Shown: positions 12,604-25,486 of the stretch, in pieces
How positions within the stretch are numbered: position 1 is the stretch's first letter
Layout: every line of letters begins with the position of its first letter
Assembly: GCF_036365525.1 (NCBI RefSeq)
Contig: NC_090385.1
Span: 59,044,581 to 59,108,580, forward strand
Direction: 5' to 3'
Length of the DNA stretch: 64,000 nucleotides
Source of the DNA: Heterodontus francisci
Taxonomy: Eukaryota
Notes under the pieces: generated by a model
Told to the model about the DNA's origin: nothing
Seen by the model: only the letters and a program-made list of their open reading frames with translations
Database searches by the model: none
Translations under genes and position numbers: made by a program

Positions 12604-13400
12604 TGGTCACAGTGATCTGTAGAGCTGCTTCTCAGATATCAGCATACTAAGACTGTAACCTGGATCTCTTCAATTGAACTGGGATTTGTTTAAAGGCGGG
12701 GTCGGGGAACTTGCATCACTGGGGACAGGGCTGTCTCATAGGAAAATCATCGCTAATGACATATCCGTCCTTTGGCTGATACGTTGCTGTCTATTAATCA
12801 CTTCAACCAGTACAGCGACTGAAATTAACAATAACGATATTGACATCAACATTGATCCGTCCTGCAGCTCCAGTCAATTTTAAATTCATTCTTCTTGTTG
12901 TGACTAGGCAGTAGAGACTGTGTTGAAGAAATTGCTTCACAGTCTCAGGCTGTTTCTCAATTAAGACACAGCTGGTGGTTTGAACAACGGCTTTTGACAG
13001 TTCGAGAAATGGTGCCTCGGTGTTTCAACTGTTAGATTTATCAGCAGTGATTCCCATAGGATTCATCCACAAACACCAGTGGCTGTCTTGTCTTCTGCGG
13101 ATGTCTTGGCTCCAGCAACAACTGTTTCAATGCGGCCACAGAAACTACTGATTTTGGAATATCAGCCTCATTCACCTGTCTCGGCGTCTGGTTATCAATT
13201 CGTCGCTGATTTCACTACACCAACTTTATTAACCACTGACTTTAAATCTAGTTTTACCCACATGTTGTTCTCTACTCCCCAAGCATTTTTGAAGTATAGC
13301 TATCGTGATCTAGCATGTAATCACGCCGCCTATGTAGTTTAGTATCCATTCGCGTGTGCGTTTTGGCTGCTCCTCCAGATCAAAGCCTATAACTTCTATT

Positions 13401-14120
13401 ATAAATAAAAACAAGAAATGCTGGAAGTACTCAGCAGGTCTGGCAGCATCTGTGGAGAGAGAAGCAGAGTTAATGTTTCAGGTCAGTGACCCTTCTTCAG
13501 AACTGGCAAATATTAGAAATGTGAAAGGTTATAAGCAAGTAAAGGGGAGAGGGGTGGGGCAAGAGATAACAAAGGAGGTGTAGATAGGACAAGGTCACAG
13601 AGAATAACTGACCAGAAGGTCATGGAAAAAAGGCAAATAATATGTTAATGGTGTGTTGAAAGACAATGCATTAGTACAGATAAGGTGTTAACGAACTGAA
13701 AATTGAACAGGCGCAAGTACAAACATGAAAAAAACAATGGGTAAGCAAACTGAATAAACTAAGATGAAGTAAAATAAAATAAACATATTAGAAAAGAAAA
13801 ATAACGAAAAATAAAAGTAAAATGGGGGGCCCGTCATGCTGTGAAATTATTGAACTCAGTCCGGCAGGACTGTGCCTAATCGATAAATGAAATGCTGTTC
13901 CTCGAGCTTGCGTTGATGTTCACTCGAACTGCAGCAATCCCAGGACAGAGATGTGAGCATGAGAGCAGGGCGGAGTGTTGAAATGGCAAGCAACAGGAAG
14001 CTCGGGGTCATGCTTTCAGACTGAGCAGAGGTGTTCCGCAAAGCTTTGACCCAGTCTGCGTTTGGTCTCCCCAATGTAGAGGAGACCACGTTGTGAGCTG
14101 CGAATACAGTATACTACAGA
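13401..14120 (-). mobile_element. Penelope-like element 3' part (GIY-YIG endonuclease and terminal repeat)
   Basis: Minus strand reads VVYCIRSSQRGLLYIGETKRRLGQSFAEHL...PELPVACHFN...RKLEEQHFIYRLGT. The terminal region carries a hammerhead-like core. Confidence 0.85.
13468..13504 (-). ncRNA. Minimal hammerhead-ribozyme-like motif in the Penelope repeat (probably degenerate)
   Basis: AGTT-CTGAAGA-A-GGGTC ACT GACCT-GAAAC-ATT-AACT: CUGANGA and GAAA core, stem II, stem I AGTT/AACT. The expected GAAACGU reads GAAACAU, consistent with CpG decay. Confidence 0.6.
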
Positions 14121-16569
14121 TAACCTATTACTTCTATTTCCTATTTTCCCTCCCTTTTCATCTTTTCTCTTTACCCCACCCCAACATCATGCCTTCTTTC
14201 TTTTCTCTGCGCTCAGGTACACTACCTCTACAAATCCAATTCTTCAGGACTCATCATCTTTCCGATTCTCATCCCACTGTCACAGGCTTGACTCCCTCTT
14301 AAATTCCTCCTAAATAATTCTACAGCTTCCCTCTGTCCTCCTCTTGGCAAACTCTGAAAGCTCCACCAAGAGATTTATTGCAGCCTCCTAACGAGCAGCA
14401 ACCCCAATTGCCCCATTCTATTCTCTACCTGCCCTGCCCTGCCCTGTTTGGCTGCCAGTGGCTAATATCAACCTCCTCTGTGTTCCTCACATTAATCCAA
14501 GCTCTGTCTCTGTGAACTCTTCCAGTAATTCGGATTTTATTGCTCCTCTCCACATCTCCCTCCAGAATTGTAGTTTGTCTCCCTACTCCCCTGGCAACTT
14601 CTCCTCCTTTGAGCATCTCACCTTGTCCACCCTTCACACCTCTCATTTAAAATCCTTGTTCCGATCACCCACCCAAATATCACTCCAACTTTCTCACTGA
14701 GATATCTTCTCTGCGTTCCTCCCTCAGTCTCTGCACTGAGTGACTTCTCATCCCTGGTGATTTCAACCTTTATCTAAACTATTTTTGCTTTCTCTCCTCT
14801 GAGTTTACTGGCCTCCTATCCTCCCTAAATCTTTTCCTCCATATAAACGATCCTACTCATATTCCCAGCCATCCCCTTTTATCTTGACATCTCACATGGC
14901 CTCACTATTCCTATTGTTATGATCACTGTTAAGGCAAGCTCTGATCATTTTCTTGTATTGCTGTCTGCCCATATTACACTTCCCCCTCTCAACCCCACTT
15001 CCTCGTTGTCCGCTCCTGTAAAAACACTCACTCGAGTCACTTACTATTGCACTTTCAAAGTCCCAGAAATCTACCCTTTGGTCTAAAATTCACGATGACA
15101 TCTCATCAACTACTGATTTGCTAAATCACACCTTCCCCATCACCTTTAACGCCCTTGCTCTAATAGAACTATTATTTCCTCTCGCCTTAATCAGTCTCCC
15201 AGTACACCCCTCACCTTCACTCCCTTAAGTCCAAGGGATGCAGATTTGAAGGTCTTTGGCAAATGACTTGTTCCACCATCCATCGCCAGATCTAGCTAAA
15301 CCACTTAAAAGTATTATTGGGGTATGATCTCCATCGCTAAAACTGCTCACTATTCAAAGATCACCCAGGAATCCAAAGAAAATCCCCACCTCCTTTTCTC
15401 CACTACAAACCATCTTCTTAAACTACTCTCCCCTGTCTCCTCCATCCTCACCTCCAACAATACATGTGAGGAGCTCATGGACCTTTTTGTCATTAAGATG
15501 GAGGCCATCTGTTCAGCTGCCTCTGCCGCTTCCCTCCCTTCCCCAGTCCTTCAGGACAAATTTCCCCAATTGTTCCCCGCTGCCCTAGTCCTGAACTCAA
15601 ATCTTCCCCTAGACTCTATCCTGCAATGCTTTCTCCGACCTCATATTGTCCACGAGAACCATCTCCTGCTTCCTCGATCCTGTTCCGTTCAAACTGTTGA
15701 CCACTCATTTCCCTTACTGGGTCCTATGTTAGCTGATATTGTTAATGGTTTCTCCCTGCCCACCCAATTCAAATCTGCTGTCACCACCACCATCTCTGTC
15801 CTAAAAAAAACCTACTCTTGACCCCTCTGTACCTGCAAACTATCGCCCCATTTCCAACCTCCCTTTCCTCTCCAAAGTCCTTGGATGCATTGTCACATCC
15901 CAAATCCCAGCCCATCCTTCCCACAATTCCATGTTTTACTCCCTCCAATCAGTTTTCCAGCCCAGCCACAGTACTGAAATGGCCCTTCTTAAAGTGACAG
16001 ATGGCATTCTTTTGATTGTGTCCATGATAAACTATCCCTTCCCATCCCTCTAGACCTGTCTGTAGCCTTCAACACGGTTGACCACACCAAACTCTTTCAA
16101 TGTCTCTCCTCCATGGTCCAGCTCAGTGGAACTGCGATGGCTTGGTTACATTCTTATCTATCTAATCATAGCCAGAGGATCACCTCTAACGTCTTCTCTT
16201 CGCACTCTCGTACTGTTATCTCTGGAGTTCCCCAAGGACCTATCCTCGTCCCCTTTCTAGTTCTCATTTCCATGCTAGCCCTTGGCGACATCATCTGAAA
16301 ATACATCAGGTTACACATGTATGCCGACAACACTCAGGTCTATCTCAGCACCACCTCCTTGGACCCTTCACTGACTCTGATTTGTCACACTGCTTGTCTG
16401 GCATCCAATATTGGATGAGCAGAAATTTCCTCCAACTAAATACTGGGAAGACTGCCCACCACAATCTTTGTTCCCTGTCCGCTGTTTCCAGCCTTGGTAA
16501 CTGTCTTAAGCTGAGTAAGACTGTTGACAACATTGGTGTCATGATTGACCCCCAGATGAGTTTAAAACC

Positions 16570-17035
16570 ATAGAACAATTACAGCACAGAAGAAGGCCAT
16601 TCAGCCCATCATGGCCGTGCCAGCCAAAAAAACTAGCCACCCAATCTAATCCCACCTTCCAGCACCTGGTCCTTGCCAGTTACAGCACTTCAGGTGCATG
16701 TCCAGATATCTTTTAAAAGAATTGAGGGTTTCTGCCTCCACCACCATTCCTGGCAGTGAATTTCAGACACCCACCACCCTCTGAGTGAAAAAAGTTTCCT
16801 CATGTTCCCTCTAATCCTTCTATCAATCACCTTAAATCTGTGCCCCTGGTAATTGACCTCTCCGCTAGGGAAAACAGGTCCTTCCTGTGTACTCTATCTA
16901 GGCCTCTTATAATTCTGTACACCTCAATTAAGTCACCCCTCAGCCTCCTCTGTTCTAAGGAAAACAACCCCAGCCTATCCAATCTCTCCTCAGAGCTGCA
17001 ACTTTCGAGCCCTGGCAACATTCTTGTAAATCTCC
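16570..17035 (-). mobile_element. CR1 3' fragment inserted in L2
   Basis: ORF 16827-17060 reads RFTRMLPGLE...RLDRLGLFSLEQRRLRGDLIEVY; CR1 tail at 16570. Confidence 0.9.
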
Positions 17036-17612
17036 GACCAAATATCTGCACCATCATCAACTGTCTACTTCCACCTTTGTAACATCACTCAACTCTGTTT
17101 CAACACATTTGCTGCTGAAACACTCATCCATGCCTTTGTTCACTCTAAACTTTCCAATGCTCTTCTGCACCATCTCCCATCTTCCACCCTACATAAACGT
17201 GCTGTTGCAAAACTCTGCTGCCCTTAGCTTAACTCACTCCAAATCTCAGTCACTGACCTTCTCTCCGATTTTAAAATCTTCATCCTTGGTTTCAAATCCC
17301 TCCATGGCCTTGACCCCCTTTATGTCTCCTCCAGCCCTACAAACCATCAAGATCTCTGCACTCCTCGAATTCTGGCCTCTTGTACATCCCTGATTTTAAA
17401 TGCTCCACATTGGCAGCCATTGCTTTCAGCTGCCTTGGGCCTAAGTGCTGAAATTCGCTCCCTAAACCTCTTGCATTTCTACTTCCACTCTTTTAAGATG
17501 CTCCTTAAAACCTACCTCTTTGATCAAGCTTTTGCTCATCTGTGCTGATATCTCCTTCTAGAGCTTGGTATCAAAAATGTCCAAAATGTTTTTATTGATA
17601 TTGCTCTTGTTA

Positions 17613-18216
17613 GGAACATAGGAGCAGGAGTAAGCCATTTAGCCCATGGAGCATGCTCCATTATTCAATTAGACCATGGCTGATCATCTACCTCAACGCC
17701 ACTTTCCCACGCTCTCCCTTGATGTCATTAGTATCCAGATAGCTATTGATTTTCTGTCTTGAACATGCTCAGTGATTGAGCTTCCACAGCCCTCTGGGGT
17801 AGAGAATTCCAAAGATTCATCGCCGTCTGAGTGAAGAAATTCCTCCTCATCTCTGTCTTAAATGGCCTGCCCATTATTCTGAGACTATGTCCCCTGGTTC
17901 TAGACTCACCGGCTAGGGGAAATATCCTAACTACATATACCTCTGCAACATCACTTGACTCTGTTGCTGAAACACTCATCCATGCCTTTGTTATCTGTAG
18001 ATTTTCCAATTCTCTTCTGCACTGTCTCCCATCTTCCACCCTACATAAACCTGTTATGCCCTGTAAGAATTTTGTAAATTTCAATGAGATTGCCTCTTAT
18101 TCTTCAAAGTTCTAGAGAATACAGGCCCAGTTTCTTCAATCTCTCCTCATAAGACAATCCCGCCAACCCTCCATTACACTCCCTCTATGGCAAGTATATC
18201 CTTCCTTATAGAAGGG
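17613..18216 (-). mobile_element. CR1 3' fragment inserted in the L2 tail, TSD CTTGTTA
   Basis: Reads SRTRGHSLRIMGRPFKTEMRRNFFTQ...WNSLP. CTTGTTA flanks it at 17606-17612 and 18217-18223. Confidence 0.85.
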
Positions 18217-19636
18217 CTTGTTAAGTGCTTTGGGATGTTTTACAACATTAAATGTGCTATATAAATGTAAGTTGTTGTTGTTGAGTCACAGTGCCCAGTT
18301 ATGTTCTGAAACTTTGAAAACAGTTTTCAGTTTATTTAAACATACATTTGAAGGTCCCTTTGTTACTTTGGAGTAGCCGGAAGAAAGCCTGCAACATCCA
18401 TATCAGAGCAGTCAACATGCACTGAGAAATGTAAGATGCAACATTAATAACAAAGAAGAGTACAATAGATTGCAAACTTCAGATTTGAGGCAGTAAGTCA
18501 CACAATATTAAGCTTGCTATGCCTGTTCTAGAAAATCACAATTTCATGCACTTTAAAAAAAAATTGTAACGTGCATTGAATTTTAGACCTAGTGCAATGA
18601 AATAAATCATTTTGATATTTTGAAAAGAGCAATATACACCAACATGATTGTTGTCAATGATAGTCTATGAGTGCTGAACATGTTTGCTTGACATTCCTCT
18701 ATCTGCTATTTTAATAGGGGATGTTAATCTGTTTATTTTAATTTTATCTTATGAAGTTGTACAGAATTCAAAGTGACTACTTATTTAAAATAACTGTAAA
18801 CCTTCCAAGAAAAGTTATCTTTGAAAGATAGAATTACAGTAGGCTTCAGCATGATGGAAGTGCATCAAAGTGTTAAAAAAGCAAAACTTTCTGGGTGTCA
18901 TATTTCCAGAAGCAGGAGAAAATAAATCTCGTGCCTTCAGGACTCAAATCCACTTCAGCAATTTCCAAATCACCAGTACTGCCAACTGCATTTCTATCTG
19001 ATTTTTGTTTATTCACTGGAATCTTGGGTATGCCTATAACTGAAATTACAGTAGACACGTGTTTCATTGCACTTCTAATATCATCTTCAGGTATCATACA
19101 TTCTGTGCTATTTTTGAGTTGTAGGCTTTTCTGGCCCATATGAGCCACGCAAAGCTATTAGTCAGCTTTTGCTAGTTTTCTACGTTGGCAATTATTTGTA
19201 ACCAAACAAAATTATACATTTTATATTGTATTACATTTATGTTCTTTAACAAAAACATATGCAGTAATATCATGGCCTTTGTGAAGAAATTTTAAACTTT
19301 GTTGCATTGTTATGCATAGTATAATAATTATGGATATATATATAGTAACAAACCCAGTAACCTTCTGTACAAAAATAATCTGTTAATCATGTGATCGTAC
19401 TAATGTATTAACTAAAGCTTAAGGCAGCAAATTAAATATAGTATCAAACAAAAACAATGTGTACCTTAGCTATGTAAAATATTAGCAAGTGATGAAGTAA
19501 ATCTAATTTTCTGATTGCTTGCATACAGCAGTCATTAATTTAACATAAAGGCTTTTAAACATTGAGTTTTTAAACAGTCATGAATGAAAACAAGTAATAT
19601 GGTAAAAATTCAAAATTATCATAAATGAGAAGAAAA

Positions 19637-19983
19637 TGGCAGAGTGGCGCAATAGTTAGCACCGCAGCCTCACAGCTCTAGCGACCCGGGTTCAGTTCTG
19701 GGTACTGCCTGTGCGGAGTTTGCAAGTTCTCCCTGTGACCATGTGGGTTTCCGCCGGGTGCTCTGGTTTCCTCCCACAGCCAAAGACTTGCAGGTTGATA
19801 GGTAAATTGGCCGTTATAAATTGCCCCTAGTGTAGGTAGGTGGTCGGAGAATTGAGGGAAGGTGGGGATGTGGTAGGGAATATGGGATTAATGTAGGGTT
19901 AGTATAAATGGGTGGTTGTTGGTCGGCACAGACTCGGTGGGCCAAAGGGCCTGTTTCAGTGCTGTATCAATAAATAAATAAAT
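19637..19983 (+). mobile_element. V-SINE (HE1-type)
   Basis: tRNA head gtggcgcaatagttagcaccgcagcctcacagc...gggttcagttc; V-domain gtttgcaagttctccc...ggtttcctcccaca; CR1 tail with (taaa)n. Confidence 0.9.
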
Positions 19984-20557
19984 GTAAAACTCGTTCATCT
20001 AGATCATGTACTAATAGCTGAAGTGAGTGATCCAATAAATGCTAATAATGCTATAAAGGATCTTGTAGGCAACATAAGTCTCCATTCATATAGCTTTGTC
20101 CCACAGACCAGCACAAGATCTCTTGCTTCATTCAGTATCACATTAACAGGGACGAAGTACCCCGAAACCTACTGCTAGGTGCAGTCTATTATATCCTATA
20201 TAATATTAGTGTATTTCCTGTGCAATTACTCTTGGAAACTCTTGGCTTCTGTTTGCTATTCAAGAGGAGAGGTATGTGGAAGCAGAATGACTGATTCCAA
20301 ATATGAAACATGAGTGCTTTTTGACTGGTTTAAATTCTCTAGGATTTAAAAATAAAAGTGATAGACATTTTGTGCTATGGACAGATTTAAAGGGTGATGC
20401 TTGCTATACTTGAGACTTTGAATATAATGGTAATTATAATAACTATATGAACAAGAATGCTACTCCCCACATTTAAATAAAACCCAGAGTCATGTGACAT
20501 AAAAATTAATGATTATCTATCATTAACACACCATTTGGCAATGGACATGGACAAAAG

Positions 20558-21175
20558 GGGCTGCATTTTAAGAGTCTGCCGCTGAAGTAGGTGGCGGACA
20601 TAAAAAAAATGTGCCCCGCCCGCAATGGCACCGCGTCACGGAACCACCATGATTTCAAACGTTGCAGCTCATTTGCATGACCGTGACGCCCATCCCCCGC
20701 GATGACGTGGAGGGGGGCGGGTGAGCCGTCGCTGCCGCCATTTTTAAAGGGCTTATAGCCCTCAGTGGAGATTCAAAAATTCAAGGGCCAGATCAGTTCA
20801 ATTACCACAAGACACAATTAAATTATCTTTAAAAGCATTTTCCCACCGTCCCCCACCCCCCAACCTCAATGACATTTTCAGACATTCGTGCTCTTTTGCC
20901 CCCGGAATTCGAATAATGAGACAATCGTCAATGGTTTCATGGTCACCATTAGACTAGATTTTAATTCCATTAATTGAATTCAAATTTCACCATCTGCTGT
21001 GGTGGGATATGAACCCAGAGCATTAGCCTGGGCTCTGGATTGCTAGTCCAGTGACATTACCTCTATGCCACTGCTGTCAGGGTCGGTGGCAGGCCTCCAC
21101 CGCACAGATATTCATTGCCCCCCACCCCACCACCGTCACCGTTCCCGACGGCCGAGGGGCTTTAAAATCCAGCCC
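20558..21175 (+). mobile_element. Non-autonomous Harbinger/PIF-type element (MITE), containing a SINE head fragment (~20915-21076, minus strand)
   Basis: TIRs GGGCTGCATTTTAAG and CTTTAAAATCCAGCCC; internal motifs shared with the copies at 27150, 29015 and 40771. Confidence 0.75.
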
Positions 21176-21669
21176 AAAAAGTCACTCTACATTGTTCAGA
21201 CTAAAAGATACTGGAGTCTGTTCCAAGGGAATGACACACCGAGAGATTGAGATGACATTAATAAATTGTTCATGCTTCAATCTTGTATTATGACACATCT
21301 TAATCCTTAATTTGTTGCAGCTTTGTAACATAATTCACACTGTCTTACATAAAAGAAAGATGCTATTGCATGATTATCGTTCCAGCGGGAATAGCAGACC
21401 TTGCAGAGATCTTTCAGGCAACACCTTATTCAATGTTATTTGACTTTCTGGTTCTCTTACTTAGGTTTTTTAATTGATGCAGTGAACAAGCATGGGAGTA
21501 TCATTCAAGTTTTAGGTGTTTTTTTGTCAGATGGAAAATGCTATTCTGGATGAATGCCTTAATTTTGTTTCAATAGGTCATAATCAATGTTTCAGGGAGA
21601 AAAACTGGGGCCAAATTCCCTCAGCCATTCTGACAGAATCCCTTAGTAACTTCAGTTGGAGTCTGGCAG

Positions 21670-21990
21670 AACAACACTTGCATTTACAAAGCATCCTTAT
21701 CATAGATCCCAAGGTGCTTCACAGGAGCATTATCAAACAAAATTTGACATTGAGCCACATATGAAGATATTAGGACAAATGACTACAAACCTGCCCAAAG
21801 AGGTAAGTTTTAAGTTGCATCTTAAAAGAGGAGGGAGAGGAAGAGAGGCTTAGGGAGAGAATTTCAGAGCCTGGACCCTTGCTAGCTGAAGGGATGCTCA
21901 CCAATGGTGGAGTGATTAAAATTGGGATGCGTAAGAGGCCAGAAATGGAGGAGCGCAAAGATCTTGGAGAGCTGTAGAGCTGGGTGGCAG
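21670..21990 (-). mobile_element. L2 3' fragment
   Basis: Reads RSLRSS...SFKMQLKTYLF and carries the L2 tail. Confidence 0.75.
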
Positions 21991-22336
21991 ACATGTTAAC
22001 CCCACCATCTCATAAATCAGGAGACAAACTCATAAAAGTGAAGCGATTTGGTATTAAAATCATGAATTTCTATTTTTCAAACACACATAGATTGACAGTT
22101 TGTTTATAAACCTCATTAGAGGATTATTTATTTTGCAACAGATCAGAGCTCTTTACAAAAACTATATTACAGCATCCAAAAATGCTTTTTAAAAAAACTT
22201 TTTTAAAATCCTACCTCATCACCATGTTGGTATGCATCTCAGCTCCGAGAAATTTCTTTTACTAAAATATGTTTCTTTGGAAAAAAATAGTGCACACTAT
22301 TACAAGACAAATAGAAAAAAATAAAGAACTTTCATT

Positions 22337-22696
22337 TAGATTAGATTATAGAGATACAGCACTGAAACAGGCCCTTTGGCCCACGGAGTCTGCGCTGACC
22401 ATCAACCACCCATTTATACTAATCCTACATTAATCCCATATTCCCTACCACATCCCCTCCTACACTAATCCCATATTCCCTACCATTCTCCTACCTACAT
22501 TAAGGGCAATTTACAATGGCCAATTTACCTATTAGCCTGCAAGTCTTTGGCTGTGGGAGGAAACCAGAGCACCCAATGGAAACCCATGCGGTCACAGGGA
22601 GAACTTGCAAACTCCAGACAGGCAGTACCCAGAACCGAACCCAGGTCACTGGAGCTGTGAGGCTGCGGTGCTAACCACTGCACCACTGTGCCGCCC
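22337..22696 (-). mobile_element. V-SINE (HE1-type), second copy
   Basis: Reverse complement of the 19637 element; head gggcggcacagtggtgcagtggttagcacc. Confidence 0.9.
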
Positions 22697-23914
22697 ATTA
22701 TTTATATAGCACCTTTCATGACCTTTGGACAACCAAATGTTTATACAGATTATTCAAATGTTTCAAGATATTTTAAAAAGTGCATTGCCATCTTGTACGA
22801 CAAAAACTCTACCAAGTCAAATTGGTGATATCCAAAAATGTAGGCAGCAGTTTATTCCTTTAATTTCAGTAGATCTGTTTTTGAACAATTTCAAAGCTTA
22901 CATCTTAAGTCAGAAATTGTCAGTCGTACTGATATTCGGAAAATAAAAGTGGACATAATGCTATTACATTGGCTAACATGAATTTGTTTCTATTGAACTT
23001 TTCTCCTGCACTTTTAAAAATGGTAACATTTTTTACAATAGGATTGTCTTAATTAAATCTGCAGAACCATAAAAGTCAAAAACTGAAACAACCAATTGTA
23101 AACTAAGGTGGTGGACTTCCAGAAGATTACAAGAGCCATTTATAATAAAATATTCACATTCAAATGGGTAGAAGCTGCTAATTAAGGTGTACTCTTTCCT
23201 CCAGTGTAACAGATCTTTGGTCTTATTCCTGTGGTCAGTGAATTCTGCACGGATCTATTTTGATTTATTGTGCTGTGACTGTTTTTCTGTTTTAAATTAG
23301 AAGTAGATGCAGGACTAAACACTGGTACATCCTGTACAAGCCTGACTCTATGGCAACAATCAAGTTATGAAACTACCACGTGGCTTTTCTAAAGATGGGA
23401 TATCCTGTGCAAATTAGAATCTCTCAAGTCAACCCATTAGAGGTGTCAAGGTCAGAATAATTTTCACTGAGACCATCAGGTGAAACAGGCCTACCCCCAG
23501 AAGGGGGTCCACAATATCTCCAGTAGAGCAAGAATTTAAAGTTTTAAAACCCATGTATATAGAAAAGTAGAATTAAGATTCAATAGTTTAAAAAGTCTGA
23601 TATGTTCAGCTCAGTCCAGGCTGCTAGGGGCCAATCCTCTGTCTGCAAATTGAAAGGCTGCGTTTCCAGCCCCAGGGATTGCCTGTGTTGGCCAGGCACC
23701 GGGCCCCTCACAATGAGCTGAACATATTTGTAAAAAGAAAAGTAAGTGGCCACAGTGGAAGGTGCCTCTTTAGGCCTCTTACCCCAAGGTGGACACTTTT
23801 CTGTAAAATCCTGAGATTTCAGAGCTATCTAGCAAGATTGCGAGAAAGTCTTAATTTTACTGACAAATCATGTTTCTCCCGATAGTTTTATGAGAGTTGG
23901 CATGTCTGAGAGGT

Positions 23915-24260
23915 TACAACAATAGGGAGAGATGTGGCCATGGAGAACTTGAAAACAAGGATGAAAATTTTAAAATCGAAGTCTTGCTGGACCGGGAGCC
24001 AATGCAAGCACATTAGTGATGAGTGAACGGGACTTGGAGCAATTTGGGATGCAGAAAATAGAGTTTTGGGTAAATTCAGGTTTATGGAGGGTGGGAGGCC
24101 AGCGAGTAGAGTATTGAAATCATCAAGCCTAGAGGTAACAAAGGCATATGGGTTTCAGTAGCAAATGAGCTGAGGCAGTAGCAGAGTCAGGTAATGCAAC
24201 AAAGGTGGAAGTATGTGTTCTTAGTGATGGAGCAGATATGTGGTGGGAAGCTCATCTCAA
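23915..24260 (-). mobile_element. L2 RT C-terminal fragment
   Basis: Homologous to 1040-1400 (gatgaaaattttaaaatcgaag...ccgggagccaatg). Confidence 0.75.
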
Positions 24261-24379
24261 GTTCCAGTGAGATGAAGCACACCAACCTGCAGAATGGCAC
24301 AAATGAGTCCCACCACGTGGTCTAACGCAGAGAAGGGAAGTGGCTAGACCCTCAGAATTGAGGGCAATTCTTTTAAAAA

Positions 24380-25100
24380 TATTGTGTCAATCTCCTTGTT
24401 AAGGTGATCACCAGAGGAACAGATAGGTTTCTCCGGGAGGGAAATGCCCTGGATGACGGCCAGAGTTTCTGACAGTATTGGGTTGGTGAGCACCTAAGAT
24501 GCACCTGTAGTAGCACGTTGTCTGTCAACTTCAATCAAATCAGATGTCTTCTGACTGACCTCACATACTCAAACAAGATACGTGTTGGAGGGCCGTTGCA
24601 GGTTTATGACCACCGGATTCTTGGACCCCGTTTGCCAAAATGCCATACTTCCAGGATTGTTTCAAGTGCAGGGTGTTATAGACCTTACACACCTTTAAAT
24701 ATGTATATTCTGTGCACACGCTAACTGGAATTGGTTTCCCTTTTCTACTATGTAACAGGATGTGGTGCTCTCAGTGAAATATCACAGAACATTGCTGCAT
24801 TCATTCATCCTTAAGATATCTTTCAGAAGTTAATGTTTACAGAGGATAACTTATTAACCAGATTAATTTTGAAGCATTGAGTATCCATTCAAGTTATGGT
24901 TGATGGCACTTGTTCAAAGATCATACAACAGTGATGACACAAGCTCAAATGGCAGTGCCATCAGTTGTGGAATGCTCCTTTAGAATGCTTCAACAGAGAC
25001 TGAGCTATATGAATAGCTTTGCCTTTTAATAAACCCTGAAGGAAACCTATGAGGTCTTTGCTGTTTGCAACACAGATTGAGGAGGACCAATTCATAGATT
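24380..25100 (+). pseudogene. Very old Harbinger (HARBI1-like DDE) transposase relic
   Basis: LLVKVIT (~24392), VQGVIDLTH (~24666; compare QGAIDCTH) and VVECSFRMLQQRL (~24964; compare VIERTFGMLKQRF). Confidence 0.6.
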
Positions 25101-25295
25101 AAAAGTGAAAAATATGAGCTACAACTGCCTGCATCAGGGTTTATCTCATGAAATGTCACAAATCATTTAATTGAAAATCACTGCACTTGAAGAATGAAAG
25201 ATATCCCTTTTTCTGATTACTGTTAAGATACTTTGCTGAATGTTTCTTCCTATATGTTGTTTACATTTTGTTATATGAACACAAAATCATAGCAT

Positions 25296-25486
25296 GGCCC
25301 TAAATTCCCGGGGGGGTTGTTTGATTGTCTGATTTCCCACTGTTACTTTGGCAGGAGATTGGCTGAATTCCAGGAGAAAAAGCATAAATGTTTTCAGCTA
25401 TTTACACCATTTCTCCAGAGTTCTGCTGCTCTCCCAATGAAGTTGTGGCAGGAGATTGAGAAACCCCCCCAAGGCAATTCAGGGCC
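25296..25486. mobile_element. Palindromic ~190-bp MITE
   Basis: Ends GGCCCTAAATTCCCGGGGGGGTT and AACCCCCCCAAGGCAATTCAGGGCC; the internal arms also pair imperfectly. Confidence 0.7.

Larger units (their letters stand above)
14330..18283 (+). mobile_element. Near-complete decayed L2 ORF2 (EN-RT) with two CR1 insertions
   Basis: GDFN (~14755), NYRPISNLPFLSK (~15838), DLSVAFNTVDH (~16052), GVPQGPIL (~16223) and YADN (~16320). The tail ends tataaatgtaagttgttgttgttg at ~18283. Confidence 0.9.

Noticed and set aside
18873-19148. 91-aa minus-strand ORF as an exon of a neighbouring gene (MINDY4B or CLRN1 lie upstream of SIAH2 in mammals)
   Set aside because: I recognise no similarity to those proteins and see no convincing splice sites. 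A TBLASTN search would settle it.
19637-19710. tRNA gene calls at SINE heads (also 4623, 6455, 12031, 22620)
   Set aside because: The A/B boxes are followed by SINE bodies and LINE tails, and there is no complete cloverleaf.
23600-23910. Possible hAT-type MITE ending gagagttggcatgtctg
   Set aside because: I could not find a matching left TIR or an 8-bp TSD.
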